NCBI GenBank assembly: GCA_043728995.1
Contig: JAYTLZ010000023.1
Location: forward strand, 1 to 35,431
Reading direction: 5' to 3'
Origin: Minisyncoccota bacterium
Lineage (GTDB): Bacteria > Patescibacteriota > Minisyncoccia > Phycocordibacterales > JAACPR01
Length of the DNA: 35,431 bases
Made by a program: the position numbers and the translations under genes. Under the pieces are notes generated by a model that had not been told where the DNA came from, ran no database searches, and saw only the letters and a program-made list of their open reading frames with translations. Of the stretch, positions 26,717 to 35,431 are shown piece after piece; position 1 is the stretch's first letter; each line of letters starts with the position of its first letter.

Positions 26717-27607
26717 ATGAACTATTCCGACAAAAAAGTAATCTTGGTAGGTGGGTCCGGTTTTATCGGAACGCAACTGTCACTCAAGCTGTTGTCGCTT
26801 GGTGCACGTGTCGTGGTGATTGATCCGAGACCAAGTCCTTTAAAGGAAGTGGCATATGTGAAAAGTGATCTCACCTCGTATCCGGACAACGAACTTCTAG
26901 AAAATCCTTTTGCTATTTTCAACCTGGCTGGCGTTCCGATCTTTGGCAGATGGACGAAATCGTATAAGCAATTGGTGCGTTCAAGCAGGATCGACACGAC
27001 GCATGTTCTGGTTGAGGCGTTCCAAAACGTAACGTACCGACCAGAATACCTTGTCAGCACTTCCGCGATTGGCGTGTACGGCGACAGGGGAAATGACATG
27101 CTGGATGAGAATTCGAAGACAGTTGCCAATACATATCTTGCGCAAGTCGCGTCCGACTGGGAGACGGAGGCAAGGCAGGCGAACAAGTATGGGGTCAACG
27201 TTCGAATCATTCGTAATGCACACGTGCTCGGCAAGGGCGGCATCCTTGGTACGTTGCGAAAAACTTTCATGACAGGACTCGGGGGATCGCTTGGAAGCGG
27301 CAGACAATACATGTCATTTGTCTCAATGGATAGATGCCTAAATGCATATGTCTCAGCGCCCTTTGAGGAAGAGACAATCAAGAATGCCGTGAGTATCGAA
27401 CCAATTACCAATCGAGACTTTTCACACATGCTTGCGCGACTGATGGGTAGGCCATGCATGTTCAGGATTCCGGTGTGGGCCATGGCGATAGTATATGGAG
27501 AATTCGCCCAAGAGATCGTCACAAGCCAGAGAGTCTTTACTGCTTTTGAGCCGCGACGTGAGGAGTTGGAAGACGTTTTGAAAACCTTACTAAAGGAAAA
27601 GAAGTAG
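26717..27607 (+). CDS. NAD-dependent epimerase, TIGR01777/YfcH-like
   Basis: GGSGFIG, NLAG.PI..RW, SRI.TT, SAIGVYG, GSGRQYM. Confidence 0.88.
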   Translation: MNYSDKKVILVGGSGFIGTQLSLKLLSLGARVVVIDPRPSPLKEVAYVKSDLTSYPDNELLENPFAIFNLAGVPIFGRWTKSYKQLVRSSRIDTTHVLVEAFQNVTYRPEYLVSTSAIGVYGDRGNDMLDENSKTVANTYLAQVASDWETEARQANKYGVNVRIIRNAHVLGKGGILGTLRKTFMTGLGGSLGSGRQYMSFVSMDRCLNAYVSAPFEEETIKNAVSIEPITNRDFSHMLARLMGRPCMFRIPVWAMAIVYGEFAQEIVTSQRVFTAFEPRREELEDVLKTLLKEKK

Positions 27608-27662
27608 GCGGCCGGCAGGGTATATGACCGCCAGGGCTTGACACCTTTGTTATACTGTAAAG

Positions 27663-28472
27663 ATGGAACTATACATAACAGCGGGCCTCATAATGCTCGC
27701 ATCCCTTTCAGGGCTTGTTTTCTTGGCTAAAAACCTGTCCGGCTGGCTTAATACCAACGGTAAATTTATTATCGCCTTCTCGGCAGGAATCTTCGCAGTC
27801 GTGACATACGACCTCCTCCTGGAGTCCTTTGAGTTTAGTGACAGCATGCTGACGGCGTTGCTTGCGATTGTCGGGGGATTCCTCATATTCCACGTTGCCG
27901 AAAAGCTCTTCCCGGAAATGCACCATCATGAGGAAGATGAGGCTCACTGCTTGCACTCCAGCAGGAAGGTTATCTGGGGAGACGCCCTGCACAATGTCGG
28001 TGACGGAATTCTGCTCGCAATCGCGTTCTTTGTCGACGTGAAGGTCGGACTCGTGGCCGCACTCGGAATATTTATCCACGAGTTCGTGCAGGAGATCAGC
28101 GAGTTCTCGATTCTCAAACTGTCCGGCATGTCCACCAAGCGCGCCTTGCTCATAAACTTCCTTGTGTCTGCAACAATTATTCCCGGAGTGATCCTCGGAA
28201 CATACATCGCGCAGATAGAGTCAGTCGTGGGCATCTTGTTCGGACTTGCAGCAGGAGCATTCCTTCACCTTGTATTTGCAGACCTTATTCCTCAATCAAT
28301 ACAGCACTCACGTACGGACAAGAAATATTTCGCATACATCTTCCTTCTGATCGCAGGAGCATTCACTATCCTTGCCGTAAACCAGATCGGAGGTGGCCAT
28401 GGCCATGAAAATGAGACTCCCGAGGAGCATGCTGAGCATGCGGATGAGGAGAATCACCTCGAATCTGAGTAA
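27663..28472 (+). CDS. ZIP family metal transporter
   Basis: HHH loop, GDALHNVGDG, HEFVQEISEF. Confidence 0.92.
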   Translation: MELYITAGLIMLASLSGLVFLAKNLSGWLNTNGKFIIAFSAGIFAVVTYDLLLESFEFSDSMLTALLAIVGGFLIFHVAEKLFPEMHHHEEDEAHCLHSSRKVIWGDALHNVGDGILLAIAFFVDVKVGLVAALGIFIHEFVQEISEFSILKLSGMSTKRALLINFLVSATIIPGVILGTYIAQIESVVGILFGLAAGAFLHLVFADLIPQSIQHSRTDKKYFAYIFLLIAGAFTILAVNQIGGGHGHENETPEEHAEHADEENHLESE

Positions 28473-28584
28473 TTCTTTTCTCAAAAAGCATTGTCAGATA
28501 TCCCAACATCAACAATGGACAATCTGGACAATGGGTCTATGATTAAATAGAGAGGGGATACATAACGCCCCCTCGAAATAACGT

Positions 28585-28959
28585 ATGGCAAAAAAACTGG
28601 TTACCATTTTGGGTGTCGTATTTGTACTTCTCGGAGTGCTTGGATTTATTCCGGGTCTAACTCCTGATGGGCACGTGCTAGGAATCCTTGCTGTAGATGG
28701 AATACATAACGTAGTCCACCTGCTCTCTGGAATCCTTGCGCTCGTATTTGCAAACAAGGGCGAGGCTTCTGCAAAGTCGTTCGCGAAGGTCTTTGGAATC
28801 GTATACGGTCTCGTGGCCGTGCTCGGTATCATCGCACCTGGAACGGTTAACATGATCATGCATTTGAACGGAGCAGGCAACATTCTGCACGTCTTCCTTG
28901 CAGTCGTGTTCCTTGTAATCGGTTACGGCGGACGATCGGATTCGCGACCGATGATGTAG
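28585..28959 (+). CDS. DUF4383-like four-TM membrane protein
   Basis: LGVLGFIPG, HNVVHLLSG, NILH. Confidence 0.8.
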   Translation: MAKKLVTILGVVFVLLGVLGFIPGLTPDGHVLGILAVDGIHNVVHLLSGILALVFANKGEASAKSFAKVFGIVYGLVAVLGIIAPGTVNMIMHLNGAGNILHVFLAVVFLVIGYGGRSDSRPMM

Positions 28960-28985
28960 GGTTTGGTTTATGTGTGGAGACGATA

Positions 28986-29013
28986 GAAAGGGCGGCCTAT
29001 CGGCCGCCCTTTC
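28986..29013 (+). terminator. Terminator-like hairpin
   Basis: GAAAGGGCGGCC-TATC-GGCCGCCCTTTC. Confidence 0.75.
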
Positions 29014-29088
29014 GCCATTTTTATCTTATATAAAGGCACTTTTAGACAGTTCAAAAACCCCTCAAAATATGCTATTGTAATGGTCAAA

Positions 29089-29161
29089 GCCGACGTAGCT
29101 CAGCTGGTAGAGCACTCCATTGGTAATGGGGAGGTCATGGGTTCAAATCCCATCGTTGGCT
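29089..29161 (+). tRNA. tRNA-Thr(GGT)
   Basis: GCCGACG/CGTTGGC acceptor, CTCCA-TTGGTAA-TGGGG, ATGGG-TTCAAAT-CCCAT. Confidence 0.95.
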
Positions 29162-29171
29162 CAAAATATAC

Positions 29172-30062
29172 ATGAACAGCATGAACAAATCAGACATCCA
29201 GCAGAGGATCGAGATGCTCGAGCAGGACATGCTCTCGCCGACCTTTTGGAGTAATCCCAAGGAGGCGCAGGCCAAGATAAAGGAGGTGCAGGATCTCAAG
29301 ATCCAACTCGAGGGAGGCAGCAAGTACGACGCAGGTGGTGCGATCGTGAACATGTTTGCCGGAGTGGGTGGTGATGATGCGGAGGATTTCGTGCGCATGC
29401 TGCTCGACATGTATATGAAGTTTGCCGAAACAAAAAAGTGGTCGATCAGTTTCATCGACGAGAACCAGAATCCAAACGGTGGATACCGGTCGATCACACT
29501 TGAGATCGCGGGCAAGAACGTGTACAAGACACTTCTCTTGGAGTCCGGTGTGCACCGTCTGGTGCGCATCTCTCCGTTCAATTCCGCAGGCAAGAGGCAG
29601 ACGTCCTTTGCCATGGTGGAGGTGATGCCGATTATTCATGTCGAAGACTTCGTCGTACCCGAGTCGGATCTCGAAATAGAATTTACCAAAGGGTCTGGTC
29701 CAGGAGGACAGAACGTCAACAAACGTGAGACCGCTGTGCGCATCACGCACAAGGCAACCGGAATCTCCGTATGTGCATCCGAGGAGCGGAGCCAATTGGC
29801 CAATCGGGAAAGGGCCATGAGTATCATTCAGGCCAAGCTGTTCCGTCTCAAGAAGGAGCAGGACCAGTCGAATGCTGACAGCTTCGCCATCTCCAAGGTC
29901 CAGGAGATAGCCTGGGGCAACCAGATCCGCTCCTATGTCCTCAACCCGTACAAGATGGTCAAGGACCACCGGTCAAACTGGGAGACCCAGCAGGTCGAAA
30001 AGGTACTGGGCGGGGAGATTGACGATGTGATAGCAAGTGTGCAACAATTAAGCTCAAACTAG
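29172..30062 (+). CDS. prfB: Peptide chain release factor 2, shortened domain 1, no programmed frameshift
   Basis: ESGVHRLVRISPF (SPF), GPGGQNVNK, RSQLANR, WGNQIRSY. Confidence 0.95.
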   Translation: MNSMNKSDIQQRIEMLEQDMLSPTFWSNPKEAQAKIKEVQDLKIQLEGGSKYDAGGAIVNMFAGVGGDDAEDFVRMLLDMYMKFAETKKWSISFIDENQNPNGGYRSITLEIAGKNVYKTLLLESGVHRLVRISPFNSAGKRQTSFAMVEVMPIIHVEDFVVPESDLEIEFTKGSGPGGQNVNKRETAVRITHKATGISVCASEERSQLANRERAMSIIQAKLFRLKKEQDQSNADSFAISKVQEIAWGNQIRSYVLNPYKMVKDHRSNWETQQVEKVLGGEIDDVIASVQQLSSN

Positions 30063-30063
30063 T

Positions 30064-30744
30064 ATGATTTACTTCGAAAACGTCACAAAGATATACGACG
30101 ACGAAACTGTCGCGCTGCATGATATTAATCTGCGGATTGATCCTCATGAATTCGTGTCCATCGTGGGTCACTCGGGAGCCGGCAAGTCTACCCTACTCAA
30201 GTTACTCTTGGCAGAAGAACTCCCGACCGAGGGAAGTGTCTTCTTCGAGTCCGAGGATGTCCACATGCTCAAACCGTCCGAGATCACCCAGCTCAGGCAG
30301 AAGGTCGGTTCAATTTTCCAGGACTTCAGACTTATCCCAAACAAGACTGTCTACGAGAACGTGGCCTTTGCCATGGAGGTGGCGGGACGACTGGATGAGG
30401 ACATCATCCAGGACGTGCCGTATGTACTGCAGCTTGTAGACCTTGAGCGCAAGGCACAGAATTTTCCGTCTGAACTATCCGGAGGAGAGAAACAGCGAGT
30501 CGCGATCGCACGTGCACTCGTGAACCAACCAGAGGTACTGATTGCCGACGAGCCGACAGGTAACCTGGATCCTGCAAACACCTACGACATCGTGCAGATT
30601 TTGAAAAAGATCAACGACCTCGGGACGACAATCATTTTGACCACCCACAACAAGGGTGTGATCGATGAGCTTGGACGACGCGTGGTCACGCTTCAGAACG
30701 GACGCGTGGTAAACGACGATCCGACAGGTCGATCATCATTTTAA
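30064..30744 (+). CDS. ftsE: Cell division ATP-binding protein FtsE
   Basis: GHSGAGKST, FQDFRL, LSGGEKQR, ADEPTGNLD; upstream of ftsX. Confidence 0.93.
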   Translation: MIYFENVTKIYDDETVALHDINLRIDPHEFVSIVGHSGAGKSTLLKLLLAEELPTEGSVFFESEDVHMLKPSEITQLRQKVGSIFQDFRLIPNKTVYENVAFAMEVAGRLDEDIIQDVPYVLQLVDLERKAQNFPSELSGGEKQRVAIARALVNQPEVLIADEPTGNLDPANTYDIVQILKKINDLGTTIILTTHNKGVIDELGRRVVTLQNGRVVNDDPTGRSSF

Positions 30745-30762
30745 TAGGTAATCATTTCGACA

Positions 30763-31701
30763 ATGCTCTCACTCAATCTCAAAAGAATCATAAAATCAGG
30801 AGGACAGAACTTTTCGCGTAACGCATTCGTGTCACTCGCTGCCGTTCTGATCATGACGATTACACTTATCGTGTTCTCGACGATTCTTTTTGCGAGCGCG
30901 CTTCTTAACCAGTCGCTTGTCGAGATCCAGAAGAAGGTGGACGTGAACGTGTACTTCTCTCCGGTTGCGACTGAGGATGTAGTAAAGAACATACAGATCG
31001 ATCTTGAGAAGCGAGATGACGTGGAGAGCGTTGAATACGTGTCACGCGAGCAGGCACTTGAGAACTTCAAGTACCGATACCGAAAGGACACGGATGTTCT
31101 TGAGGCGCTCTTTGAGCTTGAGGACAATCCATTGGGAGCAGTACTGAACGTAAAGGCAGTGAACTCATCACAGTATGAGGGGATTGCGACGTACCTCGAA
31201 TCAACGTACCCAAGCGGAACCGAGGACGCAATCATTAACAAGATAAACTTTAACGAGAACAAGGAGATCATCGACCGACTCACGCGATTTATCGATGCAG
31301 GACAAAAGCTCGGTGGAATTATCACGATTCTCTTCATCGCGATCTCAATCATCATTACCTTCAATACGATCAGGCTCGCTCTGTACATCTCACGAGACGA
31401 GATCAAGGTTATGCGAATGGTCGGAGCAACGTCGACCTACATCTCTGGTCCGTTCATCGTGACGGGAATCCTGTACGGAATCGTTTCGTCTCTTCTGACA
31501 CTGCTCGCTTTGTATCCACTGACTCTGTGGACTGGTAGGGTGACTGCGGACTTCTTCTCGGGTATCAACATCGCGGACTACTATGTTGCCCACATCGGTC
31601 AGTTCTTCCTCATGATCTTCTTCTCGGCTATCTTTATCGGTGCGGTATCAAGCTTCATTGCGGTCAAGAAGTATCTCCGGGAGGCGCGAAAGAGGGGGTA
31701 A
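30763..31701 (+). CDS. ftsX: Cell division permease FtsX
   Basis: TM1, extracellular domain with NPL, NTIRL...EI.VM..VGA....I..PF. Confidence 0.92.
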   Translation: MLSLNLKRIIKSGGQNFSRNAFVSLAAVLIMTITLIVFSTILFASALLNQSLVEIQKKVDVNVYFSPVATEDVVKNIQIDLEKRDDVESVEYVSREQALENFKYRYRKDTDVLEALFELEDNPLGAVLNVKAVNSSQYEGIATYLESTYPSGTEDAIINKINFNENKEIIDRLTRFIDAGQKLGGIITILFIAISIIITFNTIRLALYISRDEIKVMRMVGATSTYISGPFIVTGILYGIVSSLLTLLALYPLTLWTGRVTADFFSGINIADYYVAHIGQFFLMIFFSAIFIGAVSSFIAVKKYLREARKRG

Positions 31702-31751
31702 ATCTCAATGTGTTATAATTGACCAGATTTAACAGGTAACGATATTTTGAT

Positions 31752-32441
31752 ATGAAAAACGTGATTATGAGCATACTGGGCCTTGCTATCCTGATCGGAT
31801 TGGCAATCGGCGCTTACGTAACCATTGGTAACCAGAAGAACGCCGAGGAACTTTCTGGAGTTGAGGAATCACAGTTCGTTGACTCGAATGACGAGAAGAA
31901 CGATGCAGTTGTTGTTTCGGAAATTAATCTGTCTCGAGCGGGAGGAGCATGGAGCGTGACAAGCACAGGGGATTATACGATTGACCCTGCAACACTGAAG
32001 TTCGAGTTCACCGGATACAAGCCAGGTGGCCAGCATATCGGAACATTCCAGAACCTGACAGGAAGCGTCGCGCTGGATGCTGCAGGAAAGGCGATCGGAG
32101 CGATGCTCAAGCTTGATCCTACGTCCATCAAGACTGACTCTGAGGCGCTGGACAAGCACCTGCAGGCTGACGTGTTCTTTGACACCGCAAACCATCCTGA
32201 GATAAAGGTCGCGATCAAGAGCATTGAGAACGTAAGCGATACTTCGGCGAAGGCGATCACTGACATCACGATCAAGGGAAACACCAAGACGCTTTCTATT
32301 CCTGTACGGATCGAGAAGACCGCGACAGGAATGAAGTTCTGGGTTGATACCAAGATCAAAATATCCGAGTACCAGATGGCGTACGGTCCCGTGCAGGACG
32401 ACGTGCGAGTCGTGGCATCGGGAGAGCTGAAGAAGAAATAA
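31752..32441 (+). CDS. YceI family protein with N-terminal anchor
   Basis: YTID, SIKTD..LDKHL...FFD...HP, TIKG.TK. Confidence 0.88.
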   Translation: MKNVIMSILGLAILIGLAIGAYVTIGNQKNAEELSGVEESQFVDSNDEKNDAVVVSEINLSRAGGAWSVTSTGDYTIDPATLKFEFTGYKPGGQHIGTFQNLTGSVALDAAGKAIGAMLKLDPTSIKTDSEALDKHLQADVFFDTANHPEIKVAIKSIENVSDTSAKAITDITIKGNTKTLSIPVRIEKTATGMKFWVDTKIKISEYQMAYGPVQDDVRVVASGELKKK

Positions 32442-32461
32442 TTCAGTTTTAGGATGGAGAA

Positions 32462-32499
32462 CAAAGAAGGGGGGGGCGCCGCAGGCGCCCCCTTCTTTG
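32462..32499 (+). terminator. Terminator
   Basis: CAAAGAAGGGGG...CCCCCTTCTTTG hairpin. Confidence 0.75.
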
Positions 32500-32535
32500 T
32501 TGGACTTTTCCGCCAGTAGCGTATAGATTTAAGAT

Positions 32536-33219
32536 ATGAAAAAACTATTGGCTCACACGCCCCTCTACGTGACATGGATACTGCTCCTGGGCGCGCTGAT
32601 ACTGGCACTCATAGAAGGGCAGTGGCATACCGCCGGCATGGCAGTCGTGACGCTTATCCTGACATTTGTTCCGATTCTCTTTCAGCAAAGATTCAACGTC
32701 TACATTCCTCCGTTTCTGATATCATCGATCGCGTTCTTCGCGTATGCGACGATCTTTCTCGGGGAGGTATCCAACTTCTACCAGAGGTTCTGGTGGTGGG
32801 ATCTTGCGTTGCACCTGATATCCGCAATCGGATTCGGGCTTGTGGGCGTGGTTGTGTTGCTCCTTCTCTTTGGCAAAAAGCGTAACGAGTCGCATCCGTT
32901 TATCTTTGCACTTCTCTCATTCTGTTTCGCGGTAACTATCGGCGTTATCTGGGAAATCTACGAGTTCGGCATGGACCAGTTCTTCGGGTTTAACATGCAG
33001 AAGTCCGGACTTGTTGATACTATGGCTGATCTGATTATCGACTCAATAGGAGGCTGCATAGCGGCTCTGGCGGGATATCTGTACGTGATTGAGTTCGAGA
33101 AGAACCCGTTCCACCAGCTGATCGAACGAGGGTATCTGATCAACAAGTTCTTGGCCAAGAGAGCTCAAAAGGAGGAAGGGGAAGAGGCAAAATCCGAGGA
33201 TTCTCCTGAAACTATTTAA
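32536..33219 (+). CDS. Integral membrane protein (WWD...H / WEIYEF / DTMADL motifs, DUF2238-like)
   Basis: Multiple TM helices with conserved-looking His/Glu/Asp motifs. Confidence 0.75.
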   Translation: MKKLLAHTPLYVTWILLLGALILALIEGQWHTAGMAVVTLILTFVPILFQQRFNVYIPPFLISSIAFFAYATIFLGEVSNFYQRFWWWDLALHLISAIGFGLVGVVVLLLLFGKKRNESHPFIFALLSFCFAVTIGVIWEIYEFGMDQFFGFNMQKSGLVDTMADLIIDSIGGCIAALAGYLYVIEFEKNPFHQLIERGYLINKFLAKRAQKEEGEEAKSEDSPETI

Positions 33220-33222
33220 AAT

Positions 33223-33250
33223 TTGACAAAGTTGACAACGAGTCTACAAT
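33223..33250 (+). promoter_or_regulatory. Sigma70 promoter of the umuD'C-like operon
   Basis: TTGACA-16 nt-TACAAT, 6 nt before ATG; second TTGACA at 33232. Confidence 0.65.
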
Positions 33251-33256
33251 GGAAGC

Positions 33257-33550
33257 ATGTCCATCCTGTTTCATTCCATCCAAAACCGCACCAAGCGCCC
33301 CTTGGATCTGCACGAGTTACTTGTGCGGGATGAGACTGCGACCTTTTTTATACGAATCGCGGGCAACACGTTTGAGCATTTCGGAATATGCGCAGGTGAC
33401 ATCCTGGTAGTGGATCGGTCTGCGATTGGCGATATGCACAAGTTCTACGTTGCGGTCGTGGACGGGGAGTTTGCGCTCGTTGAGCACGGTCTTGCTCCTG
33501 ATTCATGCGAGCTCTGGGGTGCCGTAACGTACGTAATTCACAAGTCATAA
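33257..33550 (+). CDS. umuD: UmuD'-like peptidase S24-fold protein, catalytically degenerate
   Basis: LDL..LL....ATFFIR..G, GDILVVDRS, VAVVDGEF, LWGAVTYVIH; directly upstream of umuC. Confidence 0.8.
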   Translation: MSILFHSIQNRTKRPLDLHELLVRDETATFFIRIAGNTFEHFGICAGDILVVDRSAIGDMHKFYVAVVDGEFALVEHGLAPDSCELWGAVTYVIHKS

Positions 33551-33551
33551 G

Positions 33552-34814
33552 ATGATTGCCCTGATCGACTGCAATAATTTCTTCGTCTCATGCGAGCGTA
33601 CATTCCAGCCAAGGCTGCAGGGCAGGCCGACGATCGTGATGTCATGCAACGACGGATGCGTGATCGCACGCTCGCAGGAGGTCAAGGACATCGGCATACC
33701 CATGGGCATTCCCATGTTCAAGATAAGAGACTGGATCACGCAGTACGACATCCAATTGCGCTCCACTAACTTTCCGCTGTACCGCGACATGTCCCGGCGC
33801 GTGATGGAGATTATCAAGTCCATGACGGACACGTGCCAGGTGTACTCGATCGACGAGGCATTCTTTGAGATTCCGGATACCGAGAACGCATTTCTTTTTT
33901 CAAAAAAAATCCAAGAGAAGATATTCAGCGCAACCGGCATACCCACGTCGATCGGCGTTGCGCAGACCAAGACGCTCGCCAAGCTCGCCAACAAGCGTGC
34001 CAAGAAGTCCGCTTCACATATACATATCATTTCCTCCGATCGCAAGAGGAAGGCGTTACTCAAGAAAACTTCTGTCGGTGAGATCTGGGGAATTGGTCGC
34101 GGTTTTTCGGAACGGTTGTTGGAGGAGGGGATCAGGGATGCATATCAGCTCACGACGACCAGTGACATGCGGATCAGGTCCATCTTTGGCATACATGGCC
34201 TGCACAGCGCGTACGAGTTGCGTGGCGTGGTGTGTCTGGATATCGAGCCGGACGCAGAGCCACGCAAGTCCATGATCAGCTCGCGATCGTTTGGCAAGGC
34301 GATATCCGTGAGAAAGGAATTGTGGAACTCGGTCGCATATCATGTGAATGCGCTAGCCGAGGAGTTGCGCGAGGAGGGACAGATCGCCCAGCGCATTCAT
34401 GTTGGACTGTACGTCCATAGGTTCAAGGACGACAGACGCAATTCCTCGAGCGACGAGCGGTTCATGCTGCATCCGACATCCGATACAAGGATGCTCCTCA
34501 GACAGGCAGAGGACATCTTCGATCAGATATACGTTCCTGGTCGAAAGTACAGCAAGTCTGGTGTGACCCTAACCGCGCTGGTGTCCGAGGAAGTCCCTGT
34601 TCAGGAGTCACTTTTTATAATTGAAAAGCAGCCTGAGAAGGGTGAGGGTCTCGACACGCTGATGGATTCCCTAAATGAGAAACATGGCAGAGGACGAGTG
34701 ATGCTCGCCCAGATGCTGGATCCCTCGCGGGATGAGTCATGGAGACCCAAGTCCACCATGCGCTCCCAGGAATACACGACTTCATGGGACGATATTTTGT
34801 GCATGGGGGCCTGA
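33552..34814 (+). CDS. umuC: Y-family DNA polymerase V catalytic subunit
   Basis: LIDCNNFFVSCER, NDGCVIARS, YSIDEAF, TKTLAKLAN, SRSFG, QESLF clamp motif, W......S..YTT.W tail. Confidence 0.93.
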   Translation: MIALIDCNNFFVSCERTFQPRLQGRPTIVMSCNDGCVIARSQEVKDIGIPMGIPMFKIRDWITQYDIQLRSTNFPLYRDMSRRVMEIIKSMTDTCQVYSIDEAFFEIPDTENAFLFSKKIQEKIFSATGIPTSIGVAQTKTLAKLANKRAKKSASHIHIISSDRKRKALLKKTSVGEIWGIGRGFSERLLEEGIRDAYQLTTTSDMRIRSIFGIHGLHSAYELRGVVCLDIEPDAEPRKSMISSRSFGKAISVRKELWNSVAYHVNALAEELREEGQIAQRIHVGLYVHRFKDDRRNSSSDERFMLHPTSDTRMLLRQAEDIFDQIYVPGRKYSKSGVTLTALVSEEVPVQESLFIIEKQPEKGEGLDTLMDSLNEKHGRGRVMLAQMLDPSRDESWRPKSTMRSQEYTTSWDDILCMGA

Positions 34815-34890
34815 TGTCATAAAACGGGAGCATGAACGTCTCAGATATATGTAAGCAAACGCTTGCATTTTAGCAACATAAAACATATTT

Positions 34891-35154
34891 ATGCACGATA
34901 ACAATAGCAACGGAGTAGCATGGACAGCCTTGATTGTGGCTATTTTAGCACTTATTTTGGGATGGTCAGCCTTTAACAGAGCAGGAGCAGACATTGGAGA
35001 CATCGTAGAGCAGGAGGTGCGAGAGGCAACTCAGGAGATTGAGCAGAACTACCAGGAGGCAGAGGTACGAGCTCGAGGCGAAGTATCTGAGGAGCTTAAT
35101 GAGGCCGCGCAGGACGCAGCAACTGACTCAGATCCGAACAACGCAGGTGAATAG
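34891..35154 (+). CDS. Small single-TM acidic protein
   Basis: TM helix followed by an acidic coiled-coil-like tail. Confidence 0.65.
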   Translation: MHDNNSNGVAWTALIVAILALILGWSAFNRAGADIGDIVEQEVREATQEIEQNYQEAEVRARGEVSEELNEAAQDAATDSDPNNAGE

Positions 35155-35190
35155 GAACTGAACGTGTTACCAAACTAACTTATACATACT

Positions 35191-35431
35191 ATGAACAAAG
35201 AACAAATGGACGCACGCCAGGCACAATATGAGGCATGGCTGGATGAGCTTGACGCAGATACCAGACAGCTCGAAGCCAAGGAGCGCGAGGAGTTCGAAGA
35301 CGAGCGAGACAACTTTAGGGGTCAGCTCTCAGCCTGGAAGGACAATGCCGAGGCCCAGTGGGACGAGCTTGAGGCAAACGTCTCCCAGAAATGGAACGAG
35401 ATGAAAGAACGGTGGCATGCACAGAAGAACG
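35191..35431 (+). CDS. 3'-truncated coiled-coil protein (MNKEQMDARQAQYEAW...), possibly a stress-protein type
   Basis: Open from ATG 35191 to the window end; Trp/Glu-rich amphipathic helices. Confidence 0.6.
   Translation, partial: MNKEQMDARQAQYEAWLDELDADTRQLEAKEREEFEDERDNFRGQLSAWKDNAEAQWDELEANVSQKWNEMKERWHAQKN

Noticed and set aside
336-35003. Many long antisense or alternate-frame ORFs (e.g. 2694-3308, 12871-13617, 19022-19756, 26722-27522, 29190-29969)
   Set aside because: They shadow well-supported genes, have no recognisable motifs, and are expected from codon bias.
1-35431. Alternative genetic code (TGA=Gly, as in Gracilibacteria/Absconditabacteria)
   Set aside because: Conserved genes are uninterrupted in code 11, TGA ends the YibE/F and umuC genes at the expected positions, and RF2 is present.

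Overview
Chromosomal window from a small-genome bacterium with the hallmarks of Patescibacteria/CPR, probably Parcubacteria. This is inferred from gene content, streamlined proteins and near-leaderless genes; the genetic code appears to be 11. In order it holds: the end of a type IV pilus cluster (pilB, single-domain receiver, pilT, pilC); a 1178-aa fibre/adhesin with GNVGIGT repeats and an S74-type chaperone domain; gatB; gap-rpiB-rpe and a split transketolase; a PEP-CTERM-like orphan that has lost its stop codon; a solitary pilin; two tRNA-Met(CAT) genes flanking a frameshifted HTH/LAGLIDADG-like gene; a GAD-less aspS; orphan secreted proteins; an intact two-motif LAGLIDADG endonuclease directly upstream of a tRNA-Asp(GTC) split by a 235-nt group I intron at anticodon position 35/36; a PLD; a TIMP-like/Kazal fusion; CAP, YibE/F, TIGR01777-like, ZIP and DUF4383-like genes; tRNA-Thr; a shortened prfB; ftsEX; YceI; and a umuD'-like/umuC pair. 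The most striking pattern is that both LAGLIDADG-type genes run into the 5' end of a tRNA gene with the same junction (ACAT|G1) and use tRNA positions U8-A9-G10 as their TAG stop. This suggests a family of tRNA-docked, free-standing homing elements, one partnered with an ORF-less group I intron. All calls come from reading motifs by eye; no searches were run.
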